Source: Octopus bimaculoides (lineage: Eukaryota). From it: a stretch of 49,542 nt of DNA. The translations under genes were made by a program, and so were the position numbers. Below the pieces are notes generated by a model. That model searched no databases. It saw nothing but the letters and a program-made list of their open reading frames with translations, and had not been told where the DNA came from. This document shows positions 26,680 to 39,353 of the stretch, piece after piece (the stretch's first letter is position 1; every line of letters begins with the position of its first letter). The stretch covers positions 43,814,446 through 43,863,987 of the forward strand of contig NC_068986.1 of assembly GCF_001194135.2 (NCBI RefSeq), in the 5' to 3' direction.

Positions 26680-26756
26680 GTGCTCAGAAAATAGTCCTCA
26701 CTATCAAGAACAAATAGATAAATACATCGCAATGCAGAATTGAAAGATGAGAGCAG
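26680..26756 (+). other. Candidate 77-nt exon with strong splice signals and no open frame
   Basis: Branch-like ctgac, T-tract, tag|G acceptor and CAG|gtgagt donor. All three frames contain a stop (best: CSENSPHYQEQIDKYIAMQN*). Confidence 0.45.
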
Positions 26757-27467
26757 GTGAGTAAGAAAATATCGACATCAAATATAACTACATGCCAAGT
26801 AACATATGTACACTCTATTACGAAAATCAGATAAAGATTCAAAACCTTCCCATATTAACCAGATATTACAACAATCACCCACAAGAAGAAAGGGATAAGA
26901 TTCGTAAACTACTCTTGATAAAACAAATACAACAACAAAAACAACAGCAACAACAACAACAATAATAACATCAGAGAAGCAACAACCCTTAGGGTAAATA
27001 ATGATTTCTATTAAAAAGTACATTATATTTTTCTTTTCCTTTTCTCGTTTTCAGTGTTTTTGTTTCTTTTTCTTCAGATAGTTTTTTACAAACTACCAAT
27101 TTTTGTTTTCTTCCCATTGATGAATAGCTCAAGAAATAAGAGATTCCACATCGATAACGATAGCCATTGTATGCTAACGGTGTTTCCAATACATTTTTTT
27201 CCCATTCGTTTCTAGTATTTATTTCAGTTATTTTATCATAGGATTATTTACCCTTTTCTTTTCCTTCTTTTACTTCTGTCATTTTTCCTTATCTCCTTTT
27301 CTTTCATTTGTTCATTTTACACACATACATGACTAGATATAGCTGTATGTACATGTGTCTATATATGCATAGGCATATATGTATATATGTATGCATACAT
27401 AATTATCCAACTACTTAGAAGATTGTGAGTTACATCTAATGTATATGTGTGTGTGTGTGTATACACA

Positions 27468-27544
<77 letters not shown>

Positions 27545-28201
27545 ATATATATATACATATCTAAATATATCTATACATGTACACACACACGTATGTGTGT
27601 GTGTGTGTTTTGTGCACTTGTATTCATTCTTTTAAACTTTTTCCACTTTTGTACTTTTCATCTTTCTCCTATCTTTCAGTTATATATCTACGCGCGTGTG
27701 TCTTTGCGTGCGAAATATAATTATTCATATATGAAAGACATAAAAATAATTATAAGCATGAATGCAGCTAGATCATTATTTGACTGTATGTATATAATTA
27801 AGTATATACTTCCACATTATAAATATCTGAACCAATCTATATCCGTATCTGCATCGCTCTGTATTGGATTCTGTGCATGAAATTAGCGTTTGTGTTCAAA
27901 TTATCTAAAACAATATTTTACCCCCGGAATTTATAAATGTGTATTCTATATTTTCATAATGTTGTAAATATTATAATTGCTACAACTCTTATTGGTATTG
28001 TTTTATACAAGTGATTTTCTTTTAGTGCAGCTTCTGCATATATATATATATATATATATATATANNNNNNNNNNNNNNNNNNNNNNNNNNNNNNNNNNNN
28101 NNNNNNNNNNNNNNNNNNNNNNNNNNNNNNNNNNNNNNNNNNNNNNNNNNNNNNNNNNTATACATATATATATATATATTTATATATATGCATATATATA
28201 G

Positions 28202-28255
<54 letters not shown>

Positions 28256-28994
28256 GTAGATGTAATGTTATAAACATGTACGTACACATATATACACACG
28301 AATATGTACATACATATAAACACACATATATCTATATATATATATGCATACGTTTACACATACATCCACACATTCGCATACACACTCACACATACATACA
28401 CACTTATAGATATGCGTGTATATTCACGGCAAAAGGAAAATTCGCTCCACATAATGATAAATTATTTCACTCGAGTGATTAGTGCATATTCGGTTGACAA
28501 ATATGCATTTTGTGGATAAATAAATATCAAAGCCTTATGAAATTATTTTAATTATTTTCTTCACTTAAGCATAAGAAATTGATACGAATAACACGTGAAA
28601 TATCCATTCTGCATAATTGTTCTAAGCTTATGAACGAAAAGTGGGGTGTATAGTCTTAGCTCTTACATATTAAAGTGCATTAAACGGGTGTTGTATTTGC
28701 AGAATAAAGAGTGTCAGATAAAATGCCTTATGAAATTAATTACGACATTTTACATTCTGAGTTCAATCTTAACTTTCATTCTTTCTAGTGGATAAAATAA
28801 AGCACGATGGGTAGGTTTAATTGATTGTATTCTTCCCAAAATCATTTAGCTTTGAATCGATAATAGGAGTAAATATAAAATGCATTAAAAGACGGTTGAT
28901 TGTCAAACTGTTGCAGTAGCAGATAAAATGTGTTGCGGTAAGAAGATGAAGTAAAAAGAAAACTAATCAGAATCTTACATGTTCACTTTTCTAT

Positions 28995-29500
28995 ATAACA
29001 ACCACGGACATAGATCCAACCGGGAGCCCGCCCGTCACCTCTCACTAACACCCAAGCCAGGCATCTTATTCCTTGGAGACATAAGTCTGTCATCCTTTAT
29101 TTCTAGTCTGTTATCCTTTATCTTAGACTCACTCTAGAAGGAGATGATTGCACATTTGTAGAATCCAGTATCTCTGCCACTCACCTTTCAGTCGGAAACC
29201 AACGACAAGGATTACCAGTTAATCTGCTCACCACATTCATCTCCTACTCTTTTAAATTCGTATACTTTCTCAATTGCTCTCCCAATTCCTCCATCCATAA
29301 CCAGTTATTTGGCAACCACACATTACATTTAATATAATATTCCATCTTGTATCACCTTTCTCTGAGGTTAGCATTCTTCAATATTCACAAATCCTCTTGA
29401 TCAGCCACTTATCCCGCGCTGTGTTACTGCGAAGAAGCACAGTCTTGTCTTATTCTGAACTCTCTGCAACAGCAGCATCACCCATTTGTTTCCCATAACA
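28995..29500 (-). pseudogene. Probable decayed LINE ORF1 fragment
   Basis: GC-richer, pyrimidine-skewed on +. Broken minus frames (YYIKCNVWLPNNWLWMEELGEQL, RLTGNPCRWFPTER) resemble Tx1/L1-like ORF1; tentative. Confidence 0.35.
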
Positions 29501-29529
29501 ACACTTCAAATATTCCAGATTTCTTTTTC

Positions 29530-29530
29530 T

Positions 29531-29587
<57 letters not shown>

Positions 29588-29610
29588 CACACACACATTC
29601 ACACACACAC
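29530..29610. repeat. (CT)n plus (CA)n microsatellite
   Basis: Direct. Confidence 0.95.
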
Positions 29611-30088
29611 ATACTTCTTAAACCAGTTTTTACTATCAGCGTTTCTACATTTATCAGACCATCCGATCAAAAGTTAACCAGGACTACTCACCGCGCATCA
29701 ACATAGTGCACATCAATGCTCCAATACCACTATCCCGACCCGAAAACCGCTTTAAGTAAGCTATCTGATCAGAACTTCGCCAGTTTTATGCTACTTCTAG
29801 AAGCACATGGTTCTCCACCGATCGCACCTACGAATTAGTTAAGTAGATATTTTTCTCAAACATGTCCTTTTAAATCCCTCACACAATCAAAGCCCAAACT
29901 TTCAAATTTTCCAAACGAAAGCCTTTAGATGGTCACTCAATCTGTCAGGAAGCCCTGTTTGCTACCTTGGAAAAATGTTTCCTTCTATTAGCTTTGAGAT
30001 AGTCAATGTCTTGTGAGTGAAATTTAGTTGACGAAAAGTATGCCTAAGCCCATTGTGTATATGTGATTGCGTGTATTCAAGATTGCGT

Positions 30089-30147
<59 letters not shown>

Positions 30148-30395
30148 NNNNNNNNNNNNNNNNNNNNNNNNNNNNNNNNNNNNNNNNNNNNNNNNNNNNN
30201 NNNNNNNNNNNNNNNNNNNNNNNNNNNNNNNNNNNNNNNNNNNNNNNNNNNNNNNNNNNNNNNNNNNNNNNNNNNNNNNNNNNNNNNNNNNNNNNNNNNN
30301 NNNNNNNNNNNNNNNNNNNNNNNNNNNNNNNNNNNNNNNNNNNNNNNNNNNNNNNNNNNNNNNNNNNNNNNNNNNNNNNNNNNNNNNNNNNNNNN

Positions 30396-30472
<77 letters not shown>

Positions 30473-30841
30473 TGAGTGAGTGACTGAGTGCACGTGTGCA
30501 TGTGTATTGAGGTATATTTAAATAAGTGTTTGTGTATATCGATGTAATTCGGTGCGTTTGGTTAGGGCTCTTCGCGCCAGAAAGGTAGATTTTGGCCATT
30601 CGATACAGATCAATAAACCAAGTCCAGACCAAGTGTTGGGGTTATCGACTAAAGACACCTAAAATTATGACCACAGTTCAATGACTGAAACCAGTAACAG
30701 AATAAAATATTATGAAAACGCCATGTTAAAACAAAGAACAACTCATTGGACAGTGTAGTGTTTGATATATCAAAAGACTGCATGTAATGTTTTTTGAATA
30801 CCTTTGAACGTAGAATAGCTTGATTGGGGCTGACCTGAGCA

Positions 30842-31033
30842 TAAATAACCAAATCCCCAGATCACCGAAGTGATTAGAAGTAAAGTATTTTCTGGCCCTG
30901 AAGAGAAAGGCTACTTGTGAAGCATTGCACTCCTGAAAAATATCACCTGTATAAAATCAAGTAGCCTTTCTCTTCAGGGCCAGAAAATACTTTACTTCTA
31001 ATCACTTCGGTGATCTGGGGATTTGGTTATTTA
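30842..31033. repeat. Perfect 76-bp inverted repeat with 40-nt loop
   Basis: 30842-30917 is the exact reverse complement of 30958-31033 (checked base by base). Confidence 0.95.
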
Positions 31034-31804
31034 GCTGCACTAAAAATATAAGTGAAGAGCATGGCCCACTACACCTGGAAAAAGTCACTCGTGCAGATTA
31101 ACTAGATACCTTTTACCTGCCATTTCAACTCAAAGCAGAATTTATGTTAGTGCATCACACGAACATTTCCGTTCGCTGTAGAAATTCCATTTATACAACA
31201 AAGATTAAAAGTTGAGTGACTGTAAGCTGTGAAAACTGCAATGGTTCGTAACTGTAAACTGCATTAGCGGTAACGGCTTGTGGTTGTAAATCGGGTAAGC
31301 TGCAACGGTTGGTAACTGTAGCCTGCATAAGTTGCATTGCCTTGTAACTTGTAGCAATAATGCATTCGTTCGGAATTCGTTACGCCCTACAAAGAAACGA
31401 AAGCTGAGTGGACTGTATAGCATGAATGAAACTGGGATTAATTAGTGATCTGTTATGATTGCTGTATTCATCGCTGTTGAAAAAAGGCCCGGCGTGAGCT
31501 GGGAGTAAAAACTAGCAAATGAGTTATTCTACTACCAACGTCTAGCTCTAAATCTTGCTATAAATCTTGCCGAAAGTCTTAAGTAGCGTAACACAGAACA
31601 TATTTTATGGTTGATTCCATATTTATTGATATCTTTGTACCAAGGAAATCAATGAGAAAATAGTTTTTGTGTTACGGAACTCTACATTATGGTGATATTT
31701 TTCAGGAGTGCAATGCTTCAGTAACGCGGGACTTGCCTGTATAAAATCAAGTAGCCTTTCTCTTCAGGGCCAGAAAATACTTTACTTCTAATCAGTTATA
31801 ATTA

Positions 31805-32300
31805 CACTGGTCAACAAAACGAAACTTTTTTAATCATCAGAGTTGTTGATTGACTTTTCTGGGTTAATTCTTGATACTGATTACGAATCTGAAGTCCGAT
31901 TTCCTCTATCAGGTCATATTTTCATGTTAATGATACCTACTGTTTTAACTTATAGGATACGTAAAGCATGTCGATATAAAGTATATTGAATACAAGATAT
32001 GATAATTTCATGGCCTTTTATTGTACAAAATTAAAATTATTGTGTACAAATAACTTAGAATACACTCAAATGCATAGCAACTTAAAATCTTTGGGATTTG
32101 GATTATCTATAGTCTTTTTCTCTGGTTCAACCCCGTATAACATCCAACAGCAGTCAGTTAACATTCCTGCATTCCAAAATCCTTGATATCGTTGTTCCAT
32201 CGATGCAATATATTGATCCAAGCGTTCCCCTTGCGAAACGCTTGTGACCCTGGGATACTTGCAGATGACACGAAAGGGTTTCTGACGTTGCAATAGAATC
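31805..32300 (-). mobile_element. Chapaev-like (CMC) DNA transposon 3' fragment
   Basis: SQGERLDQYIASMEQRYQGFWNAGMLTDCCWML matches the conserved DEQGERFHQDI..ME.RYQG.W....ADYCW C-terminus I associate with Chapaev-3. A CACTGG terminus sits at 31805. The family label is from memory. Confidence 0.6.
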
Positions 32301-33924
32301 AGGAAAGCTTGTAATATTTCTGAGTAACTACTACAGTTTCTGCGTGGGCCAAAGTAACTCCAATATTATTTCACCTGACAGGTTTAACACCGGCAGTACT
32401 GTTCGCAAGAAGCCCATCCACATTAAAGAGTGTATTCATACAAATATTTCTTCTAGTTCACAACACCTAAACAGATATCGAAACCAAGGTATTATAGTCA
32501 CCATCAAAGTAACAAAACCGAACGTTGGAAATATGAACTTTAATTAAACTATTGTTTATTTAAAATATTAGATCCTACTATCTTTGATAGAAATGATAGA
32601 CAGGAGTTCTGCGACACTAACTAGATACTTTAACACTATCAACCTGTGCATATTGCTACCTGATCGTCTTCACATATACGTGCAGTACAGAGTTAAGCTT
32701 AGTTTTCATTTTCTCTTAATAAGGGCTTATTAAGTTTAAACATTGCAATGGAAAATAAGTGAACCTTTAGATCTCGTTATTTCCAACTAACATTCTTGTG
32801 GCTTTCTAAAACACTTTTACCTCTTTTCTGCAATGCAATATAACAGAATTAATATTCGTAGAAAACTGAAGGCTACGCAAAAAATTTTTGGTGGGCTTCG
32901 TAACAAAAAATGATCTAATCAAGATTCGCCAGTGAAGTTTGACAGAAATTTTATCAAAATTATTAACTTTAGATAAGACATTACAAAAAATATTTCGGAT
33001 TTTCTCAAACATTTCATTTTATGAACAATGCCAAATCATTTTTGCTCTCCGGAGACCGTTAAATAAAAAAAATATAACTGACTTTATAAAATAATGAAAG
33101 ATGATTGTTTAAAATATGATGTGCTCACCAAAAAAAATTAAATCAGATAATTTTTTTCAGTTAATTTTTATTATTTATTTATAATGCAGTACTTTTATTC
33201 ACGCTAGAATAAAAAATACTGTCAATCAGTGAAAGCAATTTCTTTAATATTTAAAGTTCATTTATATCACACAAAAGCAATAAGAAAAATGTTCTTTTTC
33301 CACATTTGACCTACTTAAGTAGATACTCACAACTAACTTACTTTATTTACTTTCGAAAGAAAATCGAAATTTATCGTTTATCTTTTGCTAATTTCAGTTA
33401 TTGGACTGCGGCCATGCTGAAATACTGCATATGTGTATGTGTTTGTGGCGGGCTTCCCACAGTTTCCGTCACTCACAAGGCATTGGTCGGCCCGGAACTA
33501 TAGTGAAAGACACTTCTTCAATGTGTTGTGCAGTGGGGGGGTTAACTTTAAATCGCGTGGTTGCACAGGGATTTTTCAATTGCATAGCCAAGCAGGTGCC
33601 TAATGACTCTACCGAGAGCTTGGTTAGTTATGTAAATAACATAGATTGAGTAACAATAGGTTTCGGTAAATGACATATTCAAATTAACCTTCCGTAGGAC
33701 GAAAAATCGTGAAATTTTTAAGCGATCTTTGAACCAATTATATTGATAAAAACCGTTCATGCGATCTATATCTACGCTAGAAACTCATCTGCCAAACACT
33801 CTCCTAAATATTTCTATTCATTCATCATAATTCACGACTTTCTAATAAACAGCACAATAAAACGAAGTACTGGTAATTTAAATGAGTAAGTCTTCAACAA
33901 CAAACGAAATGCATTATGCTATGG

Positions 33925-34064
33925 TTTCCGACTACATGGCTTCGGATTCAGTCTTACTGCGTGGTACCTTGGACACAAAGCTTTGGTCGGCCCGGGTCAT
34001 AGTAGAAGACACCTGTCCAAGGTACCACGCAGTAGGACTGAATCCGAAGCCATGTAGTCGGAAA
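33925..34064. repeat. 51-bp inverted repeat (1 mismatch) with 38-nt loop, made from a SINE A head
   Basis: 33925-33975 versus the reverse complement of 34014-34064: 50/51 identical. Confidence 0.95.
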
Positions 34065-34149
34065 GCAAACTTTTTACCATACAGCTATGCACGTGCTTAT
34101 TTGATGACATTGTGAAGTGCATCAATATTAAGAATACATTCAAGACAAA

Positions 34150-34775
34150 TTGTGTGTGTTTCAAAGACATTTTGAAGACGTAGATGCCGAATACTCTGCA
34201 TTGTTTTTATACTCTCCAGTTGAATGGCTTTCATGAGGAAAAGTTCTGGTTCGAGTTTTCAATTTCCGTAAGGAAATCCTCACATTTCTCCACTTCAAAG
34301 CTCGATTTTGTGACTGACTTCGATTACTCAAAGACCTGATCATCATACTGAGTTACAGAATTTCTCCATTTGAACATGTAAACACGCTGAAATTATCACT
34401 TAAAGGAATGAGCCTCTTTTTTGATTATTATTCTATTTTGTAATTAGCAAGATCCGATAATTTCACGCTCTTTTAACGTTTTGAGATGAAAATGTTAAGA
34501 AAGCAGACATTTCCAATTTCCCTTACAAGCTGACAGTTCTGACAGAGACGGATTTTAAAGATTACTGTACCATCATAGGCAATATCATAGATTATCTTTG
34601 CCATTTAAAATTTAATGCCGAAAAATACTTTCCCCTGGAAGAATATAAATCACTAGAAAGCTCAAACTAGGTGTTAAATCCATTTGATGCAGCGAAACGT
34701 CGAATATTTCTAATGAAGTAAAGATTCAACTTTTGCATTAAATGTTGACCCGATCTGAAAATTAAGATTCTTTAC
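34150..34775 (+). pseudogene. hAT-Charlie (FAM200/ZBED-like) transposase fragment
   Basis: EYSALFLYSPVEWLS*GKVLVRVFNFRKEILTFL (cf. EVRWLSRGKVL.R), F.HVNTLKLSLKG (cf. LNELNLSLQG), HLKF..EKYFP and VLNPF. Confidence 0.8.
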
Positions 34776-35102
34776 ATCAACAGTTAATGAACGCTGAGTT
34801 ATGATATTCAATGAGATGATCGCACTGAAAAAATGTAGTTTAAGTGTTGATAATTCTGCTTCCATTTCTTGAAAACGGAATTCTTAATAATAGTTTTAAA
34901 ATATAAAAAAAAAATATGCATGAAATCAGCCTCCAAAGCTGAACATGCCACTATCATCACTATTGCTACAGCTAGGAAAATTTTATGGCAACAAAAGCTA
35001 CCGAGTTAGTAAACCTCTTGACTCTTGTTATTTGATTGAAGAGATTCTACACGATATTTTAAAGGATTCTACTTTAATTCTTATTTTGTATAAAATGGTA
35101 TA

Positions 35103-35307
35103 TGTTGTTGTTGTTGGCACTCCGTCGCTTACGACGTCGAGGGTTCCAGTTGATCCGATCAACGGAACAGCCTGCTCGTGAAATTAACGTGTAAATAGCT
35201 GAGCACTCCACAGACACGTGTACCCTTAATATAGTTCTCGGGAATCGAAACCGCGATCCTATGACCGCGTGTCCGCTGCCCTAACCACTGGGCAATTGCG
35301 CCTCCAC
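35103..35307 (-). mobile_element. SINE family B with internal deletion and 13-bp target-site duplication
   Basis: TSD ATAAAATGGTATA at 35090-35102 and 35308-35320. About 190 bp are missing relative to 40059-40456. Confidence 0.9.
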
Positions 35308-36040
35308 ATAAAATGGTATAGTATGATAAGGAAAATGTTTCTTTAACTGTGTACGTATATATTCTCCATATTGTGAAGCTGAAAGGATTTTAAAAAGTTT
35401 CTCTGTAATTTTTGGAGTTCATATTGTCAAAAAAAGGTGGAGATCACCGTATTATATACCATATTAACTTTACCTTTACCATAATATAAAATATACTATT
35501 TAATACACACACACACGCATATATACCTAGACAGAGAAAAAGAGCAAGAGAAAGAGAGAGATTTAGTGAGAGTTTATTGACTAGATTGGGGTAAAGCAGA
35601 AGTGAAGCATGCTACGCATAATGGCTAGATAGTATAGCACAAGTCAACAGATAAAACAATTCATTCGATTAGCGAAGAGATATCATCACTGATATTTGGC
35701 ATTTCGCAAATCCAGTTACATAGATCTTTAAGCGTGGCGTAATGTAAAAATTAAACAGGTTTTATGGTAGTATCTACAATGTTTCATTAAGAAGTTGTTT
35801 TGTGCTGTAACATCATGTTATAGACGTGAAATATCCATAGAATCACTCAAATCTTCAAGCTGTACCATAATTTGAGCAGGTAACCAGAGATAGTGGCAGA
35901 TCATTGTTTACCATTTTAAATTATGGTATAACCTGAAGAGTTGGGGGTTTCTATGTAACGTAGTGTATGATCTTATGGATATTGCATGTCCTATATCTGT
36001 CTACTCATGATATTACATCACACAATAATATTCCTTTATA

Positions 36041-36645
36041 TACGCGGTCTGATCAATAAGTATCCGTACTGTTGCCATAGTAACGAAGCTAAAGCACGCA
36101 GTGTGAAGCCGCTTGACCTTGAACTCTGCTGTGCATGTGCATTACGTTTCAACGTTCTAACTCACTTCTGCTGTTTCCAGCAGTGCTTGGAAGGAAGGTG
36201 TGTAGCGTGTGATCGTCGCATTGACCATGACAAAGAAAGTTGTCATAGCGATACCTGCTCAGAGGCCTTGCAGAAAATGTATGGAGAGGAGTATATGAGC
36301 CACACACAAGTGTACGAGTGGTTCAGACGCTTCCAAGATGGCCAAGAGAATGTCGATATTGACGAACGTTCTGGGAGACCCGCAACCAGTAGAACTGCAA
36401 AAAACATCGCAGGCATGCATGCAGCTGTGAGGGAAGATCGACGAATCACCATCCGTGAGTTATCAGAGGATATGCAGATTAGTTACGGTTCAGTTCAGTC
36501 CATTATTACTGAAGATTTGGATATGAGACGAGTGTTTGCCAAGTTTGTGCCAAAACTACTTTCAGCTGACCAAAAAGACACACGGGTTTCAGTTGCGCAA
36601 GATGTTCTTGATTGTGTCGAGAACGAAGAAAACTTTTTGGGAAAC
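36041..36645 (+). mobile_element. Mariner transposon 5' part (TIR plus HTH-coding region, no catalytic domain)
   Basis: TA|CGCGGTCTGATCAATAAGTATCCG terminus. ATG at 36227. Reads QVYEWFRRFQDG..DERSGRP..EDRRITIREL..ISYGSVQSIITEDLDMRRVFAKFVPKLLS and stops just before the first catalytic Asp. Confidence 0.9.
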
Positions 36646-36897
36646 TTTGCGTAGGCCTCTGAGCAGGTATCACCAAGCTTTTGGCAAAATTTGATGCAGA
36701 TTCTCAGCTCAACTTTCTCTGCCATGGTCAATGTGGCCACCACACGATACACACCTCCCTTCCAAGCGCTGCCGTAAACAACGAAAGTAAGCTACATCGT
36801 TAAAACTTAGTATGCATGCACAGCAGAATGGAAGATCAATCTGTGTCAAGCGGCTTTACTTTGCCTGCTTTAGCTTCGTTATGTTACTAAGGCAACT
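36642..36897 (-). mobile_element. Inverted second copy of the same mariner 5' region
   Basis: The reverse complement aligns to 36068-36275 and encodes MAEKVELRICIKFCQKLGDTCSEAYAK. Confidence 0.85.
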
Positions 36898-37329
36898 GGG
36901 CACCGCCTTCTATATGCTATCTTTATTTTCTACTTGTTTCAGTCATTAGATACACCTATGCAAGAGCACCACCTTCAAGAATGTTTTGTTGGATGAATCG
37001 ACCCCAGTACTGTTTAAGTACTTATGTTGTTACAGAAGACTATATGGAGTCCGTGTCACATAACTCATTTTGATATTCATAAAATGATTATGAAAGATGA
37101 AATATAATAGCATGCTGAGGTAGTGTTGAGTCTAGTTCTGTAAGAACTGAAACTGATTTGGCTAACGGATTACTGAAATATAAGTGAAAAAGGTTTAAGA
37201 AACATTCGCTCTATATGAGGATAATTAATATAGTGAAATACATATCATATAAAGCATTTATCACAAGGAATAAATTATATTATACTTATATATGTATACA
37301 CACACACATAGGCGCTTACACACACATGC

Positions 37330-38880
37330 AATACATCATCTTATCAACCTTACCATAAAACTAATAACAATATCACATACATACATTAAGGATAATATTA
37401 AGATTATCCTTAATATTATAAGGATAATCTGTAATATTATCTTTATAATATTATAGATAATCTAGCCTCTAACATAGAAAGTAGAATTAACCTATCATCA
37501 TCCAATGAGGAAATTTTTAACAAGAACAAAGACTATTATAATCGTGCACTTAAGAACGCAGGATATATATATCGAATTAAGTACAACAAAAACAACAACG
37601 CCTATTCTAATTATCCCAAGAATTGTCTAGATAAGAATAATACTAACCATATTACTGAACCCACATCAACTAGTAAATTAGAAAAACCAGACACACAATT
37701 AAATTCTCTCAATAATATTCATCAGCAAAACATTACCAATAAACACAAATCCTACAAAAACAATAAGCATCACAATAATAAACTCTTTAAATATGAACAC
37801 CATAACCATAATCTCTCTAATAGAACGGCTAATACTAATTTCATCACCCACAAATCACCAAATACATTATTAATAATGTAACCAAGCATACAGACAATAA
37901 ATACCGAAAACAAATAACCATAGTTAGAAATAAGAACATGTAACCTACACACTTTAAAAATCTCAATTATCCCACTACATCTCGTCCTCCTAATAACTCA
38001 CACAACTAATATTAATAAAATTAGGGGTAATGACATAGAAAAAAAGTAACATATACCACATGTACGAATAGATGACCCACAAAATATAAACTACTACGAC
38101 AATAAGGAAAACAACAATAGCATCATTTGTATCATAATTCCTTTTGCAAAATATTTAAAATCCAATTTTATTAAAACAATTGGAAACATTATTTCAAAAA
38201 AAATTTAGAAGCTCTAAATATGCAAAAGTATTTAATAACAAACTGATAAAATTTGGATTTTCAGTATCTCCTAACCTCTTTAGGATCATATCGTCATTTA
38301 ACAATAGGAAACTAGACCAATTCTACAATAACCCCCACCCCTAATATACATGTTAACCCAATAATTCCATATCTAATAACAACAAACAAAACCTCAGTTA
38401 CCCTTAATACATATAGCCGTAACAATAGAGCATCAACTAATAGTTCTAATTGTAATTGTAGAAACCCGAATATTTGTGAAGTAAAAGGTAACTGTAAAAT
38501 GAAAGATGTAGTATATCAAGCAACAATTATTACCCATAATCTCTCAAAATTTACTTACGTCGGATGTACACAAAATCCTTTTAAATTAAGATAGAATAAA
38601 TAAGCATATATCATCTTTTAATGACCCTAGAAAAGAAAATAGCACAGGTCTATCTAAAAAGGTTTGGCAACTGAAAAGAAGCAACATAGATTACTCGATT
38701 TCTTGGAAAATTTTCTCTTCAGCTCCGTCATAAGGCATAATAAGAGGATCTACAAATTATGCCTAGAAGAAAGTTATAAAATTATGAAAATGAACGGTTC
38801 TCTTGTAAATTCGAGAGGTGAAAAAGTTTTTTCTTGTAAGCATATGTCAAGCTTCCTTTTCATTAATCTCAAATAATTTT
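37330..38880 (+). mobile_element. Penelope-like element, 3' half with GIY-YIG endonuclease, decayed
   Basis: YQPYHKTNN; SSSNEEIFNKNKDYYNRALKNAGY; CNCRNPNICEVKGNCKMKDVVYQATI..YVGCTQNPFKLR..H.SSF..STGLSKKVWQLK..WKI; KLCLEE; SCKH. This is the canonical PLE post-RT plus endonuclease order, with stops and frameshifts. Confidence 0.85.
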
Positions 38881-39271
38881 CTCCACTCCACTTCCTTAAC
38901 CAATTTCTTATTATTACTCCTTATAATTCAGTTCTTTCTATAGTACCTCTCTCTACATTAATACTACCTTTACATATATGATTTCTATTCTATAATACTC
39001 TCTATTTTAATTATCTTACATTACTTGGTTATTCATATGTTACTCTACCACCACCACCCCAAATATTGCATGACCCTTATATATTTTTTATTAATTAAAA
39101 TCCTATACCAAATATTCATATACCTTCCCCTCTTTCTCTACATATTTTAGACAATTTTTTTTGACCACCACTTAATATATATATACATATAAACATTTTT
39201 TGTATGTAATCTATTTTTTCACAATATGTACTCACATACTCATCTCTCACCTATTCTAAATATGTCTACTT

Positions 39272-39272
39272 C

Positions 39273-39353
<81 letters not shown>
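39272..39353. repeat. (ATT)n microsatellite
   Basis: Direct. Confidence 0.95.

Noticed and set aside
31225-31345. GTAAC/TGC-rich quasi-repeat
   Set aside because: Appears to be a degenerate minisatellite with no fixed period or spacer structure.
35986-36654. 222-aa ORF as a domesticated mariner fusion gene (SETMAR-like)
   Set aside because: The N-terminal part simply reads through flank, TIR and 5' UTR; no extra domain or splice link is visible and the catalytic domain is absent.
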